From Veleropilina oligotropha (lineage: Eukaryota), in assembly GCA_048128005.1 (NCBI GenBank), contig JBEUKZ010000112.1, forward strand, positions 806,001-870,000: DNA of 64,000 bases, in the 5' to 3' direction. The translations under genes were made by a program, and so were the position numbers. Below, in pieces: positions 52,686 through 64,000 of the stretch; position 1 is the stretch's first letter; each line of letters starts with the position of its first letter. The notes under the pieces were generated by a model that made no database searches, had not been told where the DNA came from, and saw only the letters and a list, made by a program, of their open reading frames with translations.

Positions 52686-53980
52686 TGTTACCTCGCCTGC
52701 CGCGACGGACACTAAAACAATGGGAGAATTGATTAACGATGAAATCAGACACTGGTTTATTTACTGAAGACACATGTGCGAATCTCGGCACTCAAATTTA
52801 CAATATGAATGTAAATATTATATAGCTTGGACTTATGGTGCGCAATGAATGTACTAAGACATTGGCTATTAATACAATGAATGGAATAGAATATTCAAAT
52901 GCTAGGTTCATACAAATGAATAGCAACATACCAACATGTTAAACTACAATATAGAACATTCTGCCATTTCCATGTAGTAAACATATGATTAATGCATTTA
53001 CATTAAAACACTGAACTCTTATCATAGAATAATAATATACTGTTATAATTAATCGCAGACAAAACAGTCTCCCTCAGATTGATTATATCGCGTCACAATA
53101 TTGACTACATTTTACATAATACAGTGCCACTTGAAAATAACATGCAGTAATACTGTCAGCCTTAAATGTTATTTCAGACTTAATAGATAAACAGCAATTA
53201 TTCATACATGGTTGAATAATTTCACTTAATAATGAAAAATCAATATAAACAATAATTTCTGCCCAATCGACCATCTCACGAACGATTGCTACAGTATCAA
53301 CAAATGCAATCTACACGCAAACTCTATATGACGACACGAGTTATCTCCCTTGGATTACAAAATCGGGCAGCGATTCGTTGGTGCAATGACATACAGATAA
53401 CAACAGCAGTACCCAATATTATACCCTTAAGAGTCGTATTGGTAAAACTAGTGAGGTTAACAAACAGTAACGAACGTAATCTCAAATGGGAAATATGGCA
53501 ATATTTCAGATACAACGTTATTTCGACATCTCCGCTCTAACAGAAGTTAGCGGTACAAATTTAACACTGGGTGCAGTTCGACAATCAGCGTCGCTCAACG
53601 AAAACATCGACTTAAAATATATTTATACATTTTGCCTCTAAGAAACAATAGCTATATCCAGTGTTAAGATACTTATATATCATAGTACATGCATGTCATC
53701 ATTATTAAATTGAGTTACATACCTAAAACAATGGGAGAATTGATTAACGATGAAATCAGACACTGGTTTATTTACTGAAGACACATGTGCGAATCTCGGC
53801 ACTCGCCAGACGCACCATGGGCCAATCAAAACCAGTGACTGTACAAGAAGAGAGAGACCGTGATGTTCATTGGTTAACTGCCACATGTGCAACTATGTAG
53901 GAATATGCAAATACAGAATATGCGTAAATTTACATAATTTATCTCCCTCATGAGTGTTCGGCGATCTATCGATCCTTACA
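52686..53980 (-). repeat. 5' LTR (1295 bp)
   Basis: TGTTA...TTACA ends; adjacent to the PBS. Confidence 0.96.
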
Positions 53981-54494
53981 CCAACATGACGCATATCATA
54001 TATATATTTAGCTGCGTTCTTGTCACTAGGGAGCACATATATCATATTAATATCTAATTATGTCTTCATTTAATCAGGTGATAGTTTAATTTATGTAATG
54101 CTTGCTTGTTTATCATCGATAATGCAAAATATGCTGCCGGGCGGAAATCTAACTATTGTTGTTTGTGCCGAGCGGTATCAGATAGACTTATCTCCAGGCT
54201 TATTGCAACGCAAATGATCGTAAATGAAGTTTACTTTCGAAATTGTTTTAGCTAGCGGTAATTTTGGGTAAATTGTCGTTTTCAATCAAATCATACCAAT
54301 TGGAAGCGTAATTTATTATACGTTACTTGGCAGAAATAGAGACCAAAATTGTATTAATAAAAGATCACATATAGATTGTTCCGAATATGTAAATATAAAA
54401 TAGAGAAAAATAATCGCAAATGAAGTTACTTTCGAAGTTCTTTTAGCTAGTGGTAATTTTGCGTAAATTGTCGTCTTCAGCTTTCTATCTTGGA

Positions 54495-54667
54495 GTTGAG
54501 TTGGTTAGTTTTACGACCACTTTGAACAATCTTTCAGTTATATCATAGTCGGGACCCCCGGTTTAACCTCTCTATCCGAACAGACGGAGCAATGTGGCTT
54601 ATTTCCTTGCCCAAGGGAAATCTGAACGCCAGAGATCTACGCTCTAACCACTGTGCTACGGCGGCCT
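54495..54667 (-). mobile_element. tRNA-derived SINE-like remnant (head also at 59830-59887)
   Basis: Minus strand ggccgccgtagcacagtggttagagcg (A box); gttcga B box in the second copy. Confidence 0.55.
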
Positions 54668-55853
54668 TCTATCTTGGAAATTGCATCATAATGAAAGCTG
54701 TTTTCATATATGTTACTTTGCACCAACAATTAAAATATTCATATCATGAAAATGATGACAAAGAGACAGTTCCGAATTGGAAAATTTTCCCATCTGTACA
54801 TTATGAAGGAAAAATTGTTCGAACTATATATTGACATTTTGTTTCTTGCTGTCACATATCAACCAACATCAACATCCACAGATTAATGCTGTCAGCAGGT
54901 GTAGCTGTTACTTCATAGAATCTGCATCATGTATCAATTTGTATCCATTTGTGACATCTAACTCTCGGTGGTGCCATCGTTGATATCAGGCTTCAGTCAG
55001 ACAACAGCTTGACGTCACAAAGTGTCAGAGCGAGGCTGGTTGGCAAAACAATCCTTGTCGATGTTTGTTTACGGCTGAGAGGGCTTTGTTTTGTTCGTAT
55101 TGCCGTCATTCAACGCCATTTTATTTGATTTTGTTACTTCTTAACATTTACTTTCCTGATCTCAGAATGATATAACGTGTTTGTCACGTATACCAGTTGC
55201 CAAATGGAGTATTGATAATGAAATAAAACAATATAAAAGGAATTTTTGCGTATACGGCTTTTTTCGAGTTCAGTTGTTATATGATGTCAATCGGGACCCG
55301 GGATTTTGCACGTTTTTAACAATCTTTCACAGTGATATTGTTGTAGGAGCATCGATGTAACGTCTCCGCTCCATGGACGGATAATGGGTTAACTGTTTTA
55401 AACCACCCCTTCTATTTAGGGGTTATAATACGCCACACCGGTTGCGATATTTGAACCCGCGACCTATCGTCCAACTTTCGTTTTTCCACCGCACTACTAG
55501 TCGAGCTGTTGGGGACGGCTGTGTATGTATATTAAATCAGTTCAGGAGAACTTTCAGTTTAAAATACTGGGATGGGCTTGTCAGGTGTAAATGTCATGGT
55601 CTTTTCATTCATAGACATAAATTAATATGTAGGCCTACAGATCAATGTCTTCCATGCCCTCATCTGCATTGTGTGATTATTGTTTAGACAAAGATGGGCT
55701 TAAGAAAAGTCATAAGTATTGTTAAGTGCAGACATAATTTCTTGTAACAAATAGTGCTATGTGTAACTTAGTTGTGAGAAATTTAAGGAGCTCAATTTAA
55801 GTTGATCACTGAAGAAAGGGAGTGAGTGAGCTATTTTTTATCGTCACATTTAA
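54621..55853 (+). repeat. Module Z, ~1.23 kb, near-identical to 59842-61073
   Basis: Direct comparison; ORFs 55442-55687 and 60663-60908 are nearly the same. Confidence 0.92.
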
Positions 55854-56940
55854 CACCCGTTTAGTGTCATATCAGGATATGTCCATATTATGGTGAGAGA
55901 AAAGCTTGGAAAAACCAGTGAAACCCACCTACACCGACCAGTTATGGACAACTGTGTCTGATAACATAAACAGTGCCTTCAAATTTGACCTTGACCTTTG
56001 ACCTCAGTTGACCTACATTGCAGGAAATGACCTAATTAAGGAAAAATGCATATATGTGGGCCTATAGTGCATGAAATGAACTCCTATTGACGTGTGTAGT
56101 CAACATTTACCAAATTTACAAGATAAAATTGAAAAACAGGAAGTGCCTCGACCGCCATTAAAGCTTTTATTTCAAGTGGCAATATATCAACAATGATGCG
56201 CCGTGGACACATAGTTACTATGGGGAGCCTATGGGAAGTCATGGTTGGGCTTTCAAATGTGACCTTGACCTTTGACCTCAGTTGACCTACATTGCGGAAA
56301 ATGACCTATTTAAGGAAAAATGCATATATGCTTGCCCATAGTGGCTAAAATGAACTCCTATTGACGTGCGGTAGTCGCTATTTACCAAATTTCCAAGATA
56401 AAATTAAAAACAGGAAGTGCCTCGGCGGCCATTAAAGCATTTGTTAGAAGTGGCAATATATCAACAAGGATGCACCGTGGACACATAGTTACTATGGGGA
56501 CCCTATGGGAAGTCATGGTTGATCTTTCACATGTGACCTTGACCTTTGACCTCAGTTGACCTACATTGCAGAAAATGACCTAATTAAGGAAAACGACATA
56601 TTTTCGCCAGAAAAAGACATGTTTGCCAGAAAATGGTCAGGAAATGGCAAACTCTGTTAATATTGATGCTAGAGCTTAGATATTTTAAATTAGGATAATA
56701 AAAAAATTCGAAAAAAAAAAAAATGGCTACCATATTTTCCTTAAAAAGGCCAGAACTGGAGACCTACGTGGCGTACAGACCTGAAATTTGCGGCATTCGA
56801 TTCAGTGTATATATTAATAAAATTCTAAGGAAAAAAATTAAAATATTTAAAAATTAAATCTAAAAGTTAAAAAAAAAATTGGCTGCAAGCGATAGGACGC
56901 GATCAGCTTGAAGCCCTCTACAGCTGCTTGCAGCTTTAAT

Positions 56941-59900
56941 TAGGGCTTCAAGCTTTCAGGCTTGAAGCCCTATTGTTATTCTACGAATTATTATTATTAG
57001 GGCTTCAAGCTTTCAAGGCTTGAAGCCCTATTGTTATTCTACGAATTATTAGGGCTTCAAGCTTTCAGGCTTGAAGCCCTATTGTTATTCTACGAATTAT
57101 TATTATTATTCTGATTCTGATTCTGATTTATTATTTTCTCCACGATTTTGTGACAGCGATAACTCAAAAACTGCCAGAGCTACAGCAATAAAATTTTGCA
57201 GGCTTATAGGTGCATTAGTGAAGTTGTGCCGCGTCCTTAACCTAGTCTCTAGGTCGCATAGTTTCGTCGTTATCATGTGTTTTGTAAAAAAAACACCACT
57301 TTTTAAAAAATCTTCTTCTAACAAACTGTCAAAGCCAACGAGGTTAAACTTTCCAGATATGATGTATGTCTTATGACGAAGTAATATTGCGAGCGAAAAA
57401 TCGATCGGTCGTAAAACAAGGCAGCTGCTGGCATCCTAATGTTGGGAAAAAATTGAAATTTTCAATCGTTTATAACTTGTATTTTGCTTTAACTATACTT
57501 TTCCAACTTCGCAGGAATATAAGTGCATATGCTAAGTTATGTTTCCTGCAAAGACATCACCGATGCGACTTTCGGTTATGACGCAATCATGGATTGAAAA
57601 ATTATACTAAAACGTCATTTCCTCGTTAAATGTTGGACCGTTCGACATGGAAATCGGCATATACTGACATAAGTGTCATCTCTATATTGTTTTGTGAACG
57701 AAACAATGTTAGCACAAACGTATTAACAGCTAAGATGAATTCAATTTTAAATTTTAAAAAGACTGCAGTTTCCTTAATTTTTATTACTATGAAACAAAAC
57801 GTAATTTATTTTAATCTCATGAATGTGCACTATCATAGTATGCATTTATTATATTGATATCCATTTGTATGTATAAAATACACGTAAATGAATTTTGCAT
57901 TTGAAAATGTTCATAACACAGCTAATACTGATGCTCTTTATTTGAAATTTTTCCTGAAGTTCACTATCAATGCCTAATATATATTTCTTGATTATCAAGA
58001 AAATATCTTGAACGGTTCGAGTTTTAATAATTTTTGTTGTGTCAATTAATGGTAAAATAAATATTTATTGCCCAATCTCAAGAGCTCATGTCCCTGTAAC
58101 AGGTTTATTGATGCTAAAGTCAACAAGGCGCTGCCTGCTAGCCAGGGTTGTTGTATATCAGTGTCTTTAGCATGTAATTAAAGCTAATTAATTACTTGTG
58201 TCAACATGAGACCATTGGCTATCAGTGGATCAAAGCAGAGACTACTAACTAAGATAACCATTTGGTGATTAGTATCATGCGAGCCGCATTTCAGGACGGA
58301 AATGGATACGCATGTAAACTACTGTGTTTGCAAACATGGAAAACAGAATCATTGAAAATGGCAAGAGCAATGATTTACTAAAATATCCAAGTATTTTTAT
58401 GTTATTTTCTGCAACCTTTGATGAAAATACACATACATTCTTTCATGTCCGCATAAATGGATATGAAAATTTAGGTTTGTAGACTAAAGCGAGGATGCGA
58501 TATACGTATTGGCCTATACTTCTAACTTTCATTTTTATAGTCGGATTTCAAAATACAAATTACTAGGATACTATAAAGTACAATTGTCTGCATATCATAA
58601 TCTTGCCATTCATATTTTTTGTAAGAAATAGATGCGGAAACATGGATAATGAATTCGCAAATAGGCCTAGAGCAAAAATGATCATAATCAATCGGTAATA
58701 ATGAGTATTGTTTACAACTTTCCAAGAACATTGACAATTTTGAGCTCCCATAAATACAATTATAGCGTAGTGTTAATGTGTTATATACGAATGTGATGTG
58801 CAGTACGTATGCCCAATATCAAAGTCATTATATGAAATCATACCAATTCTGGTTCTAAACTTCCAATTCGATTAGAGACATAACATCGGTAAACAACGAA
58901 CAATTCACAACCGTGTTAGCGACTTGACACATAATGTGACCAACTTAGTTGTACCTGGTGATTTACCGTTGTTTGTCACAAATAAATAGCCAACCCAGAT
59001 TATAAATTGCTTTAAATAGTCTTTTTGTCCAAATAATGAATTTTACCTTGGCCAAAGGGATACATGCTGTACATTGTCATTATACTAACAACAAGCGCAT
59101 CCGAGAGGAAGCATAATTGAACCATGTAAATTCATCGTGGACATGCACCACCACACGGACATACACCACCACACAGACAGACAGCCCCAATACAATAGTT
59201 TCTCCGTTTACACGGCTCAACTAATAACTTATTATAAAATACACAAACATACCCTTTGACAGAGGCAATATTGTAGGCAATGCAACCTAGCTGTGTTGTC
59301 ATGTTGCAAATTTCCAGCACCTGGTACGATGGGTATATTTTCAAATATTCAGGCTATCATAAATTCTTTACTGCTCCAAATACGCTAGACATTAATCAGC
59401 CTTTTAAGTCATATCTTCTAATTAATCATTCAACCGCAGACTAAAGTCGTTGATAAATTATAAATGGAAAGTCCATGAAGTGGTAAAGCCGATGTATAAG
59501 CGTTTATGACAAACACTTTTGTCATTTTCAGTTATATGTATTCGTAGGCAATAATTATATTATATACAAGGCCTAAATGAAAGCCACGGTTCAAAAGCTT
59601 CATATGCCCGACTTTCACTGAGTTGACTACGCACAAATAACTGTAAACCACATAAATAAATACCACACAAAACAATGTAAATCATTATTGATTGTTTAAA
59701 TATATTATATTTTAACATTTTGAATATAAACTGCAGTCGTTATCGGGGAACTTTGCTTCTGCAATAAGTCAATTACAAAAGAAATATATATACACCAGTC
59801 ATTAGAGATTTGGTGAGAAAAAATATCATCGAACGCAGTACTCTGAACGCCAGAGATCTACGCTCTAACCACTGTGCTACGGCGGCCTTCTATCTTGGAA

Positions 59901-62461
59901 ATTGCATCATAATGTAAGCTGTTTTCATATATGTTACTTTGCACCAACAATTAAAATATTCATATCATGAAAATGATGACAAAGAGACAGTTCCGAATTG
60001 GAAAATTTTCCCATCTGTACATTATGAAGGAAAAATTGTTCGAACTATATCTTGACATTTTGTTTCTTGGTGTCACATATCAACCAACATCAACATCCAC
60101 AGATTAATGCTGTCAGCAGGTGTAGCTGTTACTTCATAGAATCTGCATCATGTATCAATTTGTATCCATTTGTGACATCTAACTCTCGGTGGTGCCATCG
60201 TTGATATCAGGCTTCAGTCAGACAACAGCTTGACGTCACAAAGTGTCAGAGCGAGGCTGGTTGGCAAAACAATCCTTGTCGATGTTTGTTTACGGCTGAG
60301 AGGGCTTTGTTTTGTTCGTATTGCCGTCATTCAACGCCATTTTATTTGATATTGTTACTTCTTAACATTTACTTTCCTGATCTCAGAATGATATAACGTG
60401 TTTGTCACGTATACCAGTTGCCAAATGGAGTATTGATAATGAAATAAAACAATATAAAAGGAATTTTTGTGTATACGGCTTTTTTCGAGTTCAGTTGTTA
60501 TATGATGTCAATCGGGACCCGGGATTTTGCACGTTTTTAACAATCTTTCACAGTGATATTGTTGTAGGAGCATCGATGTAACGTCTCCGCTCCATGGACG
60601 GATAATGGGTTAACTGTTTTAAACCACCCCTTCTATTTAGGGGTTATAATACGCCACACCGGTTGCGATATTTGAACCCGCGACCTATCGTCCAACTTTC
60701 GTTTTTCCACCGCACTACTAGTCGAGCTGTTGGGGACGGCTGTGTATGTATATTAAATCAGTTCAGGAGAACTTTCAGTTTAAAATACTGGGATGGGCTT
60801 GTCAGGTGTAAATGTCATGGTCTTTTCATTCATAGACATAAAGTAATATGTACGCCTACAGATCAATGTCTTCCATGCCCTCATCTGCATTGTGTGATTA
60901 TTGTTTAGACAAAGATGGGCTTAAGAAAAGTCATAAGTATTGTTAAGTGCAGACATAATTTCTTGTAACAAATAGTGCTATGTGTAACTTAGTTGTGAGA
61001 AATTTAAGGAGCTCAATTTAAGTTGATCACTGAAGAAAGGGAGTGAGTGAGCTATTTTTTATCGTCACATTTAATTCTTTATTATTTTCTCCAAAATTTT
61101 GTGTTTGCAAGAACGCCAAAACGGCTAGAGCTACAGCAATAAAACTTTGCAGGTTTATAGGTGCATTAGTGAAGTTGTGCCGCGTCCTTAACGTACTGTC
61201 TGGGAATTGCGGTTTGGCCGCCATTTTGAATATATTAAAACTCTAAAAAAATCTTCTTCTCAAAAACCGCCAATGACAGCGAGGGAAGACTTTCCAGATA
61301 TGATTGACGTACTAAGGGGAAGTTAAATTGCAAGCGAAAAATCGATCGGTCGTAAAAGGAGGCCGCTGCGTGCGTCTGAAGATTGCGGCGCGCATTTAAA
61401 AATTTAAATCAATTTAAAATGGCTATATCTTGAAAATGATGCACCGTAGACCCATGGTTACTATGGGGAGCCTATGGGAAGTCATGGTTGGGCTTTCAAA
61501 TTTGACCTTGACCTTTGACCTCAGTTGACCTACATTGCAGGAAATGACCTAATTAAGGAAAAATGCATATATGTGGGCCTACAGTGCATGAAATGAACTC
61601 CTATTGACGTGTGTAGTCAACATTTACCAAATTTACAAGATAAAATTGAAAAACAGGAAGTGCCTCGACCGCCATTAAAGCTTTTATTTCAAGTGGCAAT
61701 ATATCAACAATGATGCGCCGTGGACACATAGTTACTATGGGGAGCCTATGGGAAGTCATGGTTGGGCTTTCAAATGTGACCTTGACCTTTGACCTCAGTT
61801 GACCTACATTGCGAAAAATGACCTATTTAAGGGAAAATGCATATATGCTTGCCCATAGTGGCTAAAATGAACTCCTATTGACGTGCGTAGTCGCTATTTA
61901 CCAAATTTCCAAGATAAAATTAAGAACAGGAAGTGCCTCGGCGGCCATTAAAGCATTTGTTAGAAGTGGCAATATATCAACAAGGATGCACCGTGGACAC
62001 ATAGTTACTATGGGGACCCTATGGGAAGTCATGGTTGATCTTTCACATGTGACCTTGACCTTTGACCTCAGTTGACCTACATTGCAGAAAATGACCTAAT
62101 TAAGGAAAACGACATATTTTCGCCAGAAAAAGACATGTTTGCCAGAAAATGGTCAGGAAATGGCAAACTCTGTTAATATTGATGCTAGAGCTTAGATATT
62201 TTAAATTAGGATAATAAAAAAATTCGAAAAAAAAAAAATGGCTACCACATTTTCCTTAAAAAGGCCAGAACTGGAGACCTACGTGGCGTACAGACCTGAA
62301 ATTTGCGGCATTCGATTCAGTGTATATATTAATAAAATTCTAAGGAAAAAAATTAAAATATTTAAAAATTAAATCTAAAAGTTAAAAAAAAATAAAAAAT
62401 TTGGCTGCAAGCGATAGGACGCGATCAGCTTGAAGCCCTCTACAGCTGCTTGCAGCTTTAA
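56941..62461 (+). mobile_element. Helentron-like unit E4 (triple head, interior X+Z)
   Basis: ~57050-59829 near-identical to ~34750-37520, followed by module Z and the shared tail. Confidence 0.55.
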
Positions 62462-64000
62462 TTAGGGCTTCAAGCTTTCAAGGCTTGAAGCCCTATTGTT
62501 ATTCTACGAATTATTATTATTATGATTTATTATTTTCTCCACGATTTTGTGACAGCGATAACTCAAAAACTGCCAGAGCTACAGCAATAAAATTTTGCAG
62601 GCTTATAGGTGCATTAGTGAAGTTGTGCCGCGTCCTTAACCTAGTCTCTAGGTCGCATAGTTTCGTCGTTATCATGTGTTTTGTAAAAAAAACACCACTT
62701 TTTAAAAAATCTTCTTCTCCGAAAGCAGTAAAGCCAGCGAGACGAAACTTGCCACAGGTGATGTAGGCTTCATCACCAAGTATCTTTGCAGACAACAAGT
62801 TGATCGGTCTAACAACAAGGTAGCTACGAGCGTCTGAATCTTGCAAAAAAGTTGAATTTTTTACAATTTTTACATCGGCTATAACTCTTATTCTGCTTTA
62901 ACTATAGTCTTCAACCTTCGCTGAGTGGTAGACGCTTTCTGTAAGTTAATTTTGCTAAAAGAAGATATTTCTGCGTGATGTGGTTAAGCCGCCATCTTGG
63001 ATTGTTTGAAAAACTTCAAACGTCATTTTCTCTGCAATCGTCTGTCCGATCACAATGAAACTTCGTAGGTGGGAACGTTGTGTTATGTTCTTATAAATGT
63101 ATAATAAACCAAAAAATATTAGTATGAAAATATTAAGAGCAAAAGTCATTTGAAATTTAAAATTTCAATTAGTCGTATCTTCCTTAATATTTAATTATTT
63201 GAAACGAAATAAAGTTCATTATGAACACATCAAATTTATCTAACGCAATATATAAAAAAGCTATCACTTATTTAAGTTAATTTAAAGATATAGACATTTT
63301 TTGACATCATTTTGTAACTGCTATAACTTAGGTTGTACGGGGACCATCAAGTGGTAAATTTAACACTAGTGCCATCTTAGGGGAAATAATATATATGCAT
63401 ATTTTCGAATAGCTGGGAGTGGTAATACTGCAAAAAGACAGTGTATTTTTTATGTAGCGACTATATCTGGCTGGCTTAAAGTAATTTATTACCCTGTGTC
63501 AACAAAGCCCCATGGTCTTGTATTGACATTATGGCCACCTAATTACTTTGTATCAATAAACTGTGGCCATCCCACTGCCTGCAGAGATATAAGAAATTAG
63601 TATGTCGTAAAAACTAGGGAAGGAGACAGAACTAGGTTTTAGTCTATACGTACGCTCCTTGCAAACGGGAATATAAGGTCAATGCAAGCATATGTAAGTC
63701 TATTTAAGTATATGTAATTGTGCATACAAGGCAAATCTTTTGCTTGTGATTAGAATTGCGTCTCGTTAAACACTTGCAAACCACAGTGACAATCATACGC
63801 AACATTAACTTATTAAATATTGCAAATCAATATTTCTAGTTTAATTGATCAGTTAAATGTTTATGCTAACATCTCTCAAGGGCTTGGCACAAGACTAGCC
63901 TTTAAGTAAACACAATCGCCCAGCTGCCTGGACGTTATGATGTAATGTCAATAAAGACAGCCCACCACTTTGAAAGTGGTCTTGATAGGTGTTCCTTGTG
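62462..64000 (+). mobile_element. Helentron-like unit E5 (runs off the window)
   Basis: Same head; interior is a diverged relative of ~41300-41950. Confidence 0.5.

Larger units (their letters stand above)
44006..53980 (-). mobile_element. Full-length Ty3/Gypsy LTR retrotransposon
   Basis: TG..CA LTRs, 4-bp TSD CCAA (44002-44005, 53981-53984), PBS, PPT, gag and PR-RT-RH-IN pol. Confidence 0.97.
40556..56940 (+). mobile_element. Helentron-like unit E3 (hosts the Gypsy element)
   Basis: Same head and tail as E2; ~300-bp internal tandem duplication at ~40710-41290. Confidence 0.5.

Noticed and set aside
59830..59887. tRNA gene
   Set aside because: A and B boxes are present but no complete cloverleaf; better explained as a SINE head. 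Same for 21865-21960 and 28110-28210.

Overview
AT-rich animal (probably invertebrate, lophotrochozoan-like) genomic DNA made almost entirely of nested transposable elements; no ordinary host gene was found. (1) ~945-13060: minus-strand RTE-X-like LINE whose ORF2 is cut by four younger insertions: a Crypton-like tyrosine-recombinase element, a polyA-tailed CR1-group element with a 2A-like peptide and no RT core, a mini-Helitron, and a 5'-truncated CR1. Removing them restores one reading frame. (2) ~13955-32050: a related plus-strand LINE split by a 13.5-kb EnSpm/CACTA (CMC) transposon (16171-29649, 12-bp TIRs, TA duplication). The transposon carries an intact 821-aa transposase and an intact-looking 7-exon, ~521-aa gene with an N-terminal CIDE-N-like domain, which the ORF track only shows as fragments. 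In both LINEs ORF2 continues in frame directly after the ORF1 TAG, with a shared nucleotide motif and no upstream AUG. (3) A MULE transposase fragment. (4) 32778-64000: head-to-tail array of Helentron/HINE-like units with shuffled interiors. It hosts a very young, intact Gypsy retrotransposon (44006-53980) with a MYND zinc finger ahead of the protease, a GGGAAAC plus pseudoknot -1 frameshift signal, and a hAT5-like insertion in one LTR. All calls come from manual reading; clade names need database confirmation.
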